Shown: piece by piece, positions 1 through 9,184 of the stretch
Numbering within the stretch: position 1 is the stretch's first letter
How the letters are laid out: every line of letters starts with the position of its first letter
NCBI GenBank assembly: GCA_016866755.1
Contig: VGLK01000005.1
Coordinates: forward strand, 10,272 to 74,271
Length of the DNA: 64,000 nt
Direction of reading: 5' to 3'
Source of the DNA: Candidatus Saccharimonadota bacterium
GTDB taxonomy: Bacteria > Patescibacteriota > Saccharimonadia > Saccharimonadales > Saccharimonadaceae
The notes under the pieces: generated by a model
What the model was told of the DNA's origin: nothing
Database searches by the model: none
What the model saw: only the letters and a program-made list of their open reading frames with translations
Position numbers and translations under genes: made by a program

Positions 1-2
1 TG

Positions 3-494
3 GATTTTGTGAATTTATTTGACGCTATTAATCGGTTAAAAACAGATTACCCTGATATAAAACTTAAAGTATTTGGTAATGGACCTCAGCGGCCTAACCT
101 TGAAAAGTATATACGTGAGCATAAACTTGAAGAACAAGTGCTGTTTATGGGTAAAGTGCCGCTTAGCGATATGCTAAGCCATGTAGCAAGGGCTGGCGTA
201 GGCATTGCACTTTATACTGGCGAATGGGGCTTTAATGAGTACGGCGATAGTACAAAGTGTCGAGAGTATTTTAATTTTGGCTTGCCTGTTCTGTCTACTG
301 ATACTCATTCGACGGTAAAAGAAATAGTAGAATTTGGCGCAGGTGAGATTGTTTCCTTGAGCGCAGAGCAGTATGAGCAAGCACTTCGAAAAATATTTAA
401 TAATTACGAAGTATACTCCAAGCAGTCAAAAAAGCTTGGCGAAAAGTATAGTGGACTCCACACAAAACTACTTTACCGGTTAATTAACCGATAA
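3..494 (+). CDS. glycosyltransferase family 4 (GT-B), C-terminal part; 5' end outside window
   Basis: Frame open to window start; Glycos_transf_1-like C-terminal half (KVFGNGP, EYFNFGLPVLSTD). Confidence 0.7.
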   Translation, partial: DFVNLFDAINRLKTDYPDIKLKVFGNGPQRPNLEKYIREHKLEEQVLFMGKVPLSDMLSHVARAGVGIALYTGEWGFNEYGDSTKCREYFNFGLPVLSTDTHSTVKEIVEFGAGEIVSLSAEQYEQALRKIFNNYEVYSKQSKKLGEKYSGLHTKLLYRLINR

Positions 495-1430
495 GCGTTT
501 TACAGCTCTAGCCACTCCAAAAAACACAAAATCTAACAGCACGCTCCATAATCTGGTAGCTACGGTAATGGCGAGGGCATACTCCGGGGGCATAATAAGA
601 CTAAGAAGCACGAGCTGAATTCCCTCGCGCACACCGAGGCCGCTTGGTGCAAATATTGCCAGCATGCTAACTGCGCTTGCAAGTGTGGTAGCCCCCATAA
701 CAAACAGCAGTTGATCAAAGCCGAGTTCGGGGTAAATAGCCTTGGCAATAAAAAATTGTGATAGGGCGCCAATAACACTGGCAATTATGTAAAGGCTAAA
801 CCCTACGCGAATACTGCGACCGGTAGCGTAATGTTCTTTAGCGAACGGCTTTTTTTTGATTAACCCATAGGCTTTAGAGATGACGCGGTTAAATAGCGGC
901 GGATATAATACAGTGAGTGATACGATAACAATTGCCAACATTCCAAGTTTAAGTGGCCACGCAATAACATCTAATCGTGAATCGAAAGCAAGTAGCGAAA
1001 GGGCAAATGCCATTTGTACAATAATTTGCAGTGCCGCTTCAAGGAGTGAGCTGACGGCTAATTTATTTTTTGAAATTCCTTGTCGAGAGGCGAAATAAAT
1101 TTTACCTAAAATCCATGGTGCGGTACCAGGAATGTAGCGACCCAGCCACGATTTGGCATAGATATACACAAGCTCCCTAGAGAGTCGCACTGATGAAGCG
1201 CCGAGCGAACGGAGTAGAGTCACCCATATGTGAGCACCCCAGAGTCGAAAAGCCAACCCTAAAAGGCACGACAGTATAAAGTAGCCCGGGTGAACACGAA
1301 TAGCTGCAAGCACCTGCGGATCGATACTTTTTAAATAGAGCACCAAAAATATAGCCAACAATCCATAAAATGTACCAGCAATAAGGGCGTGTTTGTGGCG
1401 CTTAAGGCGCAAGGTAAGCGCAGTATGCAT
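480..1430 (-). CDS. flippase-like / LPG-synthase-TM-like (UPF0104) polytopic membrane protein
   Basis: 316 aa with many hydrophobic spans; C-terminal APSGLGVREG motif typical of this family; sits inside the glycan cluster. Confidence 0.6.
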   Translation of the reverse strand: MHTALTLRLKRHKHALIAGTFYGLLAIFLVLYLKSIDPQVLAAIRVHPGYFILSCLLGLAFRLWGAHIWVTLLRSLGASSVRLSRELVYIYAKSWLGRYIPGTAPWILGKIYFASRQGISKNKLAVSSLLEAALQIIVQMAFALSLLAFDSRLDVIAWPLKLGMLAIVIVSLTVLYPPLFNRVISKAYGLIKKKPFAKEHYATGRSIRVGFSLYIIASVIGALSQFFIAKAIYPELGFDQLLFVMGATTLASAVSMLAIFAPSGLGVREGIQLVLLSLIMPPEYALAITVATRLWSVLLDFVFFGVARAVKRLSVN

Positions 1431-1515
1431 ATACGTTAGTGTACCAGTTTATCGAATGAAACGCACCTCTTGAGGTGAAGCGAAAACAGAGGGCTATTCA
1501 TGGTAAAATGAGACA

Positions 1516-2721
1516 ATGAAACATTCACGTCTTTTGGTGATGACCTCCACATACCCGCGTTGGTCGGGCGATGCAACGCCCGATTTTATTGAGCGCTTAG
1601 TAGAGAATACCGAACAGGCACACGAACGTACCTACGTGTTAGCGCCTCATGCTGCTAGAGCAAAGCATTACGAAACAATAGGCCGGCGACGGGTGATACG
1701 CTATCGCTATAGTGTGCCGGCAACCACGCAAAATATTACCTACGATGGCGGCGGAGTTGATAAGGTAAAAATAAACGCACTGTACGGTATTAAGCTTGTA
1801 CTACTTATGGCAAGCCAAACGGCGTATGCGCTTTGGCTGGTTATTTTTCGCCGTATAGAGGTTATTAACGCACACTGGATTGTACCGCAGGGATTTATTG
1901 CAATAGTCGTAAAACTTATTACCGGCACACCAGTGGTAGTGAGTGTACACGGCGGCGACGTGCAAAGTTTGAACGGCAAAATTATGCGTGCATTTAAACG
2001 TTTTGTACTACGGCGAGCCGACGCGGTTATAGTAAACAGTTCGGCTACACGCGCTGAGTGTAAAAAAATTTATGCCGAACGCGAGTATAAAATTATACCT
2101 ATGGGTGTAGATTTTACGCAGTTTACGCCGCGTCAACCAAGTAGTCAGCTGCAGCAAAAATATCAGCTTAACTCTAAGGAGACTACTTTTTTGTTTGTTG
2201 GCCGATTGGCAAAAGTAAAAGGCACCAACTACTTAATAGAGGCGGCGCAACGTCTGGTGGCTGACGGCGTAGCCTTTAAGTTGCTAATTGCCGGCGATGG
2301 ACCACTTAAAAGCGAAATTGAAGCATTTATTGCGAAACACAATTTAAGCCGGCGCGTGCAATGTATAGGTTGGATTGATAAAAGAGACTTAAACGCACTC
2401 TACAGTTCTGTCGATGTGCTTGTGGGCCCATCTGTGCACGAGGCACAAGGTTTGGTGTTTGCCGAAGCGTTAGCAAGCGGTACTCCGGTAATTGCCAGTC
2501 GCGTTGGTGGGATTGTTGATATTGTAAAAGATGGTCATAACGGATTTTTGGTACCGGTTGGCGACGTAGAAGGTTTAGTTGAGCGTATGAAAACGCTTGC
2601 GACTCAACCAAAATTATTAGCAAAATTTAAAGCCAACACGCGCAGCGGAGTTGAAGAAAAATATTCATGGCAAAATGTGGCCACGCAGTACGCAAAAGAA
2701 ATTAAAGGGGTTATAAGATGA
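1516..2721 (+). CDS. glycosyltransferase family 4
   Basis: 401 aa; EAQGLVFAEALASGTPVIASRVGGIVDIVKDGHNGFLV GT-B C-terminal signature. Confidence 0.85.
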   Translation: MKHSRLLVMTSTYPRWSGDATPDFIERLVENTEQAHERTYVLAPHAARAKHYETIGRRRVIRYRYSVPATTQNITYDGGGVDKVKINALYGIKLVLLMASQTAYALWLVIFRRIEVINAHWIVPQGFIAIVVKLITGTPVVVSVHGGDVQSLNGKIMRAFKRFVLRRADAVIVNSSATRAECKKIYAEREYKIIPMGVDFTQFTPRQPSSQLQQKYQLNSKETTFLFVGRLAKVKGTNYLIEAAQRLVADGVAFKLLIAGDGPLKSEIEAFIAKHNLSRRVQCIGWIDKRDLNALYSSVDVLVGPSVHEAQGLVFAEALASGTPVIASRVGGIVDIVKDGHNGFLVPVGDVEGLVERMKTLATQPKLLAKFKANTRSGVEEKYSWQNVATQYAKEIKGVIR

Positions 2722-3875
2722 AAATTTTAATGACAGCATTTATTGGAAGTCGAAATTTAGGTGACGAAGCAATTTTTCGATCAATTATTACCGGGCTTAG
2801 GCTTGATCGCTCAGAGGTAACTGCCCTTAGTGTAAACGAGCAAAAAACTAGAGAGCAGTTTGGTGTTAATACCCGTTTTGCTAAAAGTGTTCCGCAAATT
2901 GTGCGTGCGATTCGTGAATGCGACGTGATGCTGGTTGGCGGTGGCGGTATTATTCAAGATCAATCTAGTATTCTTAACTTTTTTCTGTATGCTGTTCAGA
3001 TTGCGTTGGCAAAATGGTTTAAAAAACCACTCATTTTTACGTTTGTTGGCGTAGGACCGTTAAAGTTTGGTGTAAGCAAATGGTTAATGGCTCGGTTAAT
3101 GCCAAGTGTTCACTTTGCAGTAGTGCGTGACGAAAAATCGGCTGCCACCTTGCGCCGTTACATGCCAAAGGGAGGTCGAATAGTTACGGCACACGATCCG
3201 GTGCTTAATTTTCCGTTTAAGCCAGCCGAGCTACAAGATATATATGCCGAGCAAACGCCATATGCCGTGGTCTCGTTACGTAGGTGGTTTTTTACTAATC
3301 CGCTTTTACCAGTATTTATCTCTCGTAAAATAAATAAACTACGCATATTTAGGCGCCGATATGATGAATATATGAATGCGCTATGCACTGATTTTGACTC
3401 TTACTTAGATGCCTCACCAGAGATGAAGCTGGTACTGGTGTCGTTGTATGATTCTGAAGATGATATTGTAAACGCTGATGTAGTAGCCCGCATGCGAAAC
3501 CGTGAGCGGGTAATTGTGGCCGATAATAAATTGGAAGAGATGCGATTTCTTTCTATTGTAAAAAATGCTCAGTTTACAATTGGTATGCGCCTACATTCGC
3601 TTATTTTAGGAGCCAACCTAGGTACGCCGTTTGTGGCGCTGCGTTATTCAACAAAAGTTGATGAATTTACTGATCAGATGGGACTACTAGACCACTCTAT
3701 TCACGTTGAACGCTATGATAGCGAAGCGCTGCAGGCTGCACTGCAACACGTAGAGGCAAACCGCGAAAAAATTAAGGGTGACATTACTGAGCGCGTTACT
3801 GCCTATCGGGCACGCAACAACGAAGCTTTTAAGTTAATTCGTCAAGAGATTGAGAGGTTGCGAAATAAGTTGTAG
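2718..3875 (+). CDS. polysaccharide pyruvyl transferase (CsaB/WcaK-like)
   Basis: N-terminal MKIL..GSRNLGDEAI and C-terminal RLHSLILGANLGTPFVAL pattern; ATGA overlap with upstream GT4. Confidence 0.7.
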   Translation: MKILMTAFIGSRNLGDEAIFRSIITGLRLDRSEVTALSVNEQKTREQFGVNTRFAKSVPQIVRAIRECDVMLVGGGGIIQDQSSILNFFLYAVQIALAKWFKKPLIFTFVGVGPLKFGVSKWLMARLMPSVHFAVVRDEKSAATLRRYMPKGGRIVTAHDPVLNFPFKPAELQDIYAEQTPYAVVSLRRWFFTNPLLPVFISRKINKLRIFRRRYDEYMNALCTDFDSYLDASPEMKLVLVSLYDSEDDIVNADVVARMRNRERVIVADNKLEEMRFLSIVKNAQFTIGMRLHSLILGANLGTPFVALRYSTKVDEFTDQMGLLDHSIHVERYDSEALQAALQHVEANREKIKGDITERVTAYRARNNEAFKLIRQEIERLRNKL

Positions 3876-3879
3876 CGCG

Positions 3880-4821
3880 TTAACGTCGGTATTGAATTTG
3901 CTTTGTACGTTCTAATTGATCTTCAGCTAAGATTCGATTTGCACGTTGCAACTCGGCAATAACCATAAGTGCAAAGCAAAACAGGGCAATTGCAAGAAAT
4001 ACCGATCCAAACAGGAGCGACTGCAGGTGCTGACCTTGTATTCCTAGGGCGAATAAAATGGCAAAACGTACAAACGGCACCAGCCCAACAGCTAAGGCAA
4101 TACCGCCGAGCAGACCGAAAAACACAAGCGGTTTAAAAAGGAGATAACTGCGGATAATAGCTTTAGCTGATTGCGCCATATGCTGCCAAATGTTTTTAAA
4201 TAGCCGTGATTCACGAGTTTTAGGATTTGTGGTTATCGGAATACTTACAATTGCTAAGCGTTTTTGACCAGCTTGAATAATTGTTTCCATACAGTAACTA
4301 AACTGCGTGAAAATGTTTAACCGTAACAAAGAATTACGGGAGTAGGCACGAAATCCGCTGGCGGCATCGGGGAGTTTGGTGTCGGCGGCATAATTTACCA
4401 CCCAACTACCGAATTGCTGCATTTTTTTCTTAAAGAAAGAGAAATGCTCAATGGTGGCAGTCTGGCGATCAGCAATAACAATATCGGCTCGCCCCTCGAT
4501 GATTGGCTGTACAAGATCGGCAATTTTATCTTGTGGGTACTGATTATCGCCGTCGGTATTAACGACAATATCTGCGCCATGACTAAGGGCGTAATCTATG
4601 CCGTCACGAAACGAGCGAGCTAACCCCATATTACGGGTGTGGTGTACAAAGTGGGTAACGCCAAACTCCTTAGCAATTTTTACAGTGCTATCGGTGGAGC
4701 CGTCGTCAACAATCAATATCTCAATTTCACTAACGCCAGCAATCCTTTTAGGAATAGAATTAAGAACCAGTGGCAAGGTTGATTCTTCGTTAAGGCACGG
4801 AATTTGAACAAAAACTTTCAT
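3880..4821 (-). CDS. glycosyltransferase family 2 (Dpm1/GtrB-like) with C-terminal TM helices
   Basis: VQIPCLNEE, IVDDGSTD, NTDGDNQY (DxD). Start moved to the internal ATG at 4821 (MKVFVQIP), which removes the overlap with galE. Confidence 0.85.
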   Translation of the reverse strand: MKVFVQIPCLNEESTLPLVLNSIPKRIAGVSEIEILIVDDGSTDSTVKIAKEFGVTHFVHHTRNMGLARSFRDGIDYALSHGADIVVNTDGDNQYPQDKIADLVQPIIEGRADIVIADRQTATIEHFSFFKKKMQQFGSWVVNYAADTKLPDAASGFRAYSRNSLLRLNIFTQFSYCMETIIQAGQKRLAIVSIPITTNPKTRESRLFKNIWQHMAQSAKAIIRSYLLFKPLVFFGLLGGIALAVGLVPFVRFAILFALGIQGQHLQSLLFGSVFLAIALFCFALMVIAELQRANRILAEDQLERTKQIQYRR

Positions 4822-4838
4822 ACTGCTTAGTATACCAT

Positions 4839-5849
4839 TTAGCGATAGCCGTTTGGATTTTGCGATTGCCAGCGCCACGAATCACGGCAGGCATCAGCAA
4901 TAGACTTAGTTGGGTGCCAATTAAGTTCTTGTGCAGCCTTTTGGGAGTCGGCGTAGCACTCGGCAATGTCGCCGGGGCGACGAGCAACAATGCGGTATGG
5001 CAGTTCTTTTTTGCAGGCGGCACTAAAGGCAGAGATTAGCTCTAATACAGATGTTCCTTTACCAGTACCTAGGTTGTAGGTATGGACTCCAGGTTGTGCT
5101 GGAGCGAGGGCGGCAACGTGTCCGCGCGCCAAATCTACCACGTGAATGTAGTCACGCACTCCGGTGCCATCAGGGGTTGGGTAATCATCTCCGAACACCT
5201 GTACTTCTGGGCGCTTACCTACCGCAACTTGGGCAATGTAGGGAAGAAGATTATTAGGAACGTCGTGCGGATCTTCGCCTATAGCGCCGCTTTCGTGTGC
5301 GCCAATTGGATTAAAGTAGCGCAAAAGGGTAATTGCTACCGTGGGGTTGCTCTGTGCAAAATCACGCATTATTTGCTCAATCATATATTTTGTGTGGCCG
5401 TAGGGATTAGTGATACCAATACCTGTGCGGCTATTTTCAGTTAGTGGCAAAGACTCCGGCGTACCGTATACAGTGGCCGAAGAGCTGAAAATAAGGTGAG
5501 GAATGTGATATTTTTTAATTACCGAAAGAAGATTAAGACTGGAAGTGATATTGGTTGAGTAATAGCGAAGCGGATTTTGAACCGACTCGCCAACCGATTT
5601 CAAGCCAGCAAAATGAATAATTGCATCAAACGGCTGGTGAGAGAAGAGTTGATCGAGAGCTTGAGCGTTGCAGACGTCAAGCTGGTGAAATGGTATAGAG
5701 ACGTCGAGCATTTTTTCTACGCGGCGTACGGCTTCGACGGAGCTGTTCGCCAGATTATCGGCTACTTCGGCGGTGTGTCCGGCGTGGTAAAGTTCGATAA
5801 GTGTGTGACTGCCAATGTAGCCGGCACCACCGGTAACAAGAATATGCAT
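4839..5849 (-). CDS. galE: UDP-glucose 4-epimerase
   Basis: MHILVTGGAGYIGSH Rossmann motif, YGHTK catalytic motif, length 336 aa. Confidence 0.9.
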   Translation of the reverse strand: MHILVTGGAGYIGSHTLIELYHAGHTAEVADNLANSSVEAVRRVEKMLDVSIPFHQLDVCNAQALDQLFSHQPFDAIIHFAGLKSVGESVQNPLRYYSTNITSSLNLLSVIKKYHIPHLIFSSSATVYGTPESLPLTENSRTGIGITNPYGHTKYMIEQIMRDFAQSNPTVAITLLRYFNPIGAHESGAIGEDPHDVPNNLLPYIAQVAVGKRPEVQVFGDDYPTPDGTGVRDYIHVVDLARGHVAALAPAQPGVHTYNLGTGKGTSVLELISAFSAACKKELPYRIVARRPGDIAECYADSQKAAQELNWHPTKSIADACRDSWRWQSQNPNGYR

Positions 5850-5906
5850 AGCCTTAACTATACTATATTTTAAGCCTAAGCGTCGAGCTTATGGTATAGT
5901 GAGGGT

Positions 5907-6947
5907 ATGATTACCGTGATTATCGCCGGAGGGTCGGGTACGCGCCTATGGCCGCTCTCCACACCAGAGTACCCAAAGCATTTATTGAAGCTAACTTCGG
6001 AACGTTCGATGTTGCAGCAGGCCTATGATCGCGCCTCTCACCTTGGCGACACCGTGTATGTAGTAACCGAGGCTAGTCATTCCGACCATGTCTACGAACA
6101 GCTGAGTGAGCTCGACCCCTCGCATATTTTAATTGAACCAGGACGCAGGGGAACTGCGCACTGTATCATTTTTGCGCTTGATTACATTGCTCGCCACCAT
6201 GATAAAAACGAGCCGGTGGCCTTTATTCACTCCGATCACCATGTGCGTGATACCACTGGTTTTGCTCAGTCGTTTAATCTCGCTGCCCGTATTTCAGGTG
6301 AGCAGCAGGCAATTACGCTTATTGGGATTGAGCCAACGTTTCCAGCGACTGGATTTGGTTATATTGAGCGTGACGGCGTACTCGATGCTGATCGAGGCGT
6401 ATATAGCGTACACAGCTTTAAAGAAAAGCCTGATTACGACACTGCCCAAGGTTACGTTGAATCTGGCCGCTACCTGTGGAACTGTGGGTACTTTGTGGGT
6501 TCGGTTGATGTATTCTTGCGTGAAATGAATCGTTCAGCGCCGGATCTTCTAGCTACATTCGAAGCGCTTGCAGCCCAGCCATCTCACGGAGACGATGCCT
6601 ACAATGCGGCGTATTTGAGTCTAGGAAATGAAGTAATTGACACGGCTTTAATTGAAAAAGCTCAGGCATTGGCGGTGGTTTCGGCCGACTTTGACTGGAT
6701 GGACGTAGGAAACTTTAAAGACTTACATGACGTGGTGCCGCGCGACGAAGCCGGCAATTACGTACACGGACAAAACGTACACGGACTCGATATCGAAAAC
6801 GTCTATGTTCGCAACGAAGAAGAAAAACCAATTGCAGTAATCGGTCTTGATAATATTGTAGTAGTAAATACCGCCGAGGGTATTTTAATCTCTCGTAAAG
6901 ATGTGTCTCATCGAACTGGCGAAGTAGCTAAAAAGCTACAGGCCTAA
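5907..6947 (+). CDS. manC: mannose-1-phosphate guanylyltransferase (nucleotidyltransferase domain only)
   Basis: IIAGGSGTRLWPLS motif; 346 aa; no PMI/cupin C-terminal domain recognised. Confidence 0.8.
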   Translation: MITVIIAGGSGTRLWPLSTPEYPKHLLKLTSERSMLQQAYDRASHLGDTVYVVTEASHSDHVYEQLSELDPSHILIEPGRRGTAHCIIFALDYIARHHDKNEPVAFIHSDHHVRDTTGFAQSFNLAARISGEQQAITLIGIEPTFPATGFGYIERDGVLDADRGVYSVHSFKEKPDYDTAQGYVESGRYLWNCGYFVGSVDVFLREMNRSAPDLLATFEALAAQPSHGDDAYNAAYLSLGNEVIDTALIEKAQALAVVSADFDWMDVGNFKDLHDVVPRDEAGNYVHGQNVHGLDIENVYVRNEEEKPIAVIGLDNIVVVNTAEGILISRKDVSHRTGEVAKKLQA

Positions 6948-6963
6948 ATAAATTCTAAGGTTT

Positions 6964-7000
6964 GAGCGCCGCACCCCCATAAAATGTGTGGCGCTCTTTT
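6964..7000 (+). terminator. rho-independent terminator after manC
   Basis: GAGCGCCGCAC / GTGTGGCGCTC stem (11 bp with one G-U) followed by TTTT. Confidence 0.6.
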
Positions 7001-7075
7001 CGTGAGCGCATACAAGTTAGGGGGTGCGGCCGCATGATGGACAGGGGAGGCTGAAGACAGAACAGCCTTCATGTA

Positions 7076-7507
7076 CTAGCCGAAGAGCGCTCTGAACGTG
7101 TCGTTCACGAAGCTGATCAACTGATCGATCCAGCCGCTCACCACGGGCGATGCGAAGTAGAGAACCGCGAGGGTGATGCCGAACATCAGTCCGCCCTTTT
7201 GGGAGGGGCGCCGCACGTAGCCGATGCCCACCCAGATGGCGACGAGTCCGAGAGCCCCCGTGATCAGCCACGTGGCCAGCCATCCGCTCTGGGAGAGCGC
7301 CACGACGGCGAGCACGGTGAACACCCAGAAGATCAGACTGACGACCCCGAGTACTGCGACCGGACCTTCTTGGCGACCCTCGTTGATGAGGGTTAGCACG
7401 ACGGCGAGTAGTCCGCAGATGACGGCAGTGAGCAGGGCGGCGGGAACCACCACGCTGCCCTCGGTGCTGATCAGCGGGCTTGCTGCAATGTACGGTATGG
7501 ATTGCAT
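7076..7507 (-). CDS. 4-TM membrane protein of unknown function, high-GC xenologue
   Basis: 143 aa hydrophobic protein. Third codon positions are almost all G/C in this frame. GGAGGTGA Shine-Dalgarno 7 nt upstream of the ATG. Confidence 0.75.
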   Translation of the reverse strand: MQSIPYIAASPLISTEGSVVVPAALLTAVICGLLAVVLTLINEGRQEGPVAVLGVVSLIFWVFTVLAVVALSQSGWLATWLITGALGLVAIWVGIGYVRRPSQKGGLMFGITLAVLYFASPVVSGWIDQLISFVNDTFRALFG

Positions 7508-7654
7508 GACATTTCACCTCCAAAAGTGTTGTCTAAATCATGCCTTTCTATCATAAAACATTCTTTTTGCAAATACAATGCCATGATTATTAATATTTTG
7601 CAAAACAGTAAAAGGGTAGTGCAGTGAGCATTAAGCGCGGTATACTAAAAGGTA

Positions 7655-9184
7655 ATGAGGCAGCAAATAGAAAAAATTTATGGCCGATTGGCATCGCCGT
7701 TATTTTTATGGCTAGTGTTTGGGTTTTTTATTCTTCAAAGCCTAGTATTTGCGGTTATTGTTGAGCCATCGTACATAGAAACTAGAAGTGACGGGTATGA
7801 GACGCGAACTGGTGGCGTAGTGCCAGATGGTAATCGGCACATTGCAGCAGTTACCTACTATGCCGAGCAGCCACTATCTGCCGGACCGTTTATACACGAT
7901 ATGTCGGCGAATGAATTATGGCTGGGCGATCTGGAACGGTTTCCAAGTTACCTCTATTATTATTTGTTAAGTTTTCCTATGCGCGTGGCCATTGGGCTTG
8001 GTTTGAGTGATGCAATGATGGTGCTAATGATTCGATTAATAGGCACGGTAGTTGGCGTAATTGGTCTGTGGGTAGTGTACAAAATTGCTCGAGAACTGCG
8101 TACTAGCCAACAGATTGCGCACTTATCGGTTTTAGCAACCGCGTTAACGGGCGTATACGCATGGTTAGCACCAGCAGAAAATTATGATATGCTGGCGCTA
8201 TTATTGTGGCTGGGATTTGTGCTTATGAGTTTGCGGCTATTTACACGCCAACATGCTAAATATCTTGTGCCTATGGCAATTTTGTTTTCTCTCGGTTCAA
8301 TTACCAAGTATACCTACATACCCTTTATGACAATTGCAGGCGGAGCGGCGCTTGCACTATATATTTATGGCTTACGTAACACCGGTGGTTTGCGAGGAGG
8401 ATTTGAGCAACTAAAGCTGTGGATAACATCGCAAAAATGGTGGAAAACTACTTTGGTGTCTCTGTTACTTGTGGTAAGTGCTGGTTTATTTACGGAACGA
8501 ATAATTGGCAATCTGCTTGTGTATCAATCGTTTAGTCCCAGCTGCGCCGTTGTACACTCCAAAGAAAATTGTGGTAATTTTGCAATTTATGATCGCAACG
8601 TTACGCGTAAGGCAGCCTACGAGGCTGAGATTGCCCGCGGCGAAACGGAGCGAGTTATTTATAATCCACTTACCTACACACCGTTTTGGATTGATCGATA
8701 TTATGCCTCGATTTTTGGTTATGTGGGGCACATATGGATTTATAACTTTTGGCCAGGAATGTACATAGGAGCAATCGCGGCTTCCCTATTAGTAGCCTTA
8801 CTACTGGTGGTGGCGAAATTACGACGAATTCGGCTGCTACAAAGTACTGGTGAACGTTGGCTGGCAGGTGTAATAGCGATGTTGGTGATTGCTCAGTACA
8901 CTATTAATGCCCGCACATTTGTAAATTATGGCGGTGAGCTATACGCCTATGCTCACCAAGGGCGATATTTACTTTCAGCTATTTGTATTGGTTATATTCT
9001 TTTGCTGTTGGTAATTACCAGAAGCTTACGCGCGCTTGCACCGTCACGTCACTATAGTTGGCTGTTGCCGCTAAGTGTACTGGTGCTTGTAGCTGCGGCG
9101 GTGACAAATATGGCATTAGTTACGTTTTTTGTGCATGCTACAGGTAGCGATTGGTATTCAACATTTGCCGAAAATTTACTATAG
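7655..9184 (+). CDS. large polytopic membrane protein, possibly GT-C-fold glycosyltransferase (PMT_2/ArnT-like)
   Basis: 509 aa with more than 10 hydrophobic spans, in glycan-cluster context; function is a guess. Confidence 0.4.
   Translation: MRQQIEKIYGRLASPLFLWLVFGFFILQSLVFAVIVEPSYIETRSDGYETRTGGVVPDGNRHIAAVTYYAEQPLSAGPFIHDMSANELWLGDLERFPSYLYYYLLSFPMRVAIGLGLSDAMMVLMIRLIGTVVGVIGLWVVYKIARELRTSQQIAHLSVLATALTGVYAWLAPAENYDMLALLLWLGFVLMSLRLFTRQHAKYLVPMAILFSLGSITKYTYIPFMTIAGGAALALYIYGLRNTGGLRGGFEQLKLWITSQKWWKTTLVSLLLVVSAGLFTERIIGNLLVYQSFSPSCAVVHSKENCGNFAIYDRNVTRKAAYEAEIARGETERVIYNPLTYTPFWIDRYYASIFGYVGHIWIYNFWPGMYIGAIAASLLVALLLVVAKLRRIRLLQSTGERWLAGVIAMLVIAQYTINARTFVNYGGELYAYAHQGRYLLSAICIGYILLLLVITRSLRALAPSRHYSWLLPLSVLVLVAAAVTNMALVTFFVHATGSDWYSTFAENLL

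Noticed and set aside
7017-7556. Long ORFs in other frames over the high-GC gene (7017..7523 minus, 7199..7396 plus, 7224..7556 plus)
   Set aside because: Their products are Arg/Pro/Ser/Gly-rich and low-complexity, typical of off-frame reading of GC-rich DNA. Only the 7076..7507 frame shows G/C-ending codons, a coherent TM protein and an SD.
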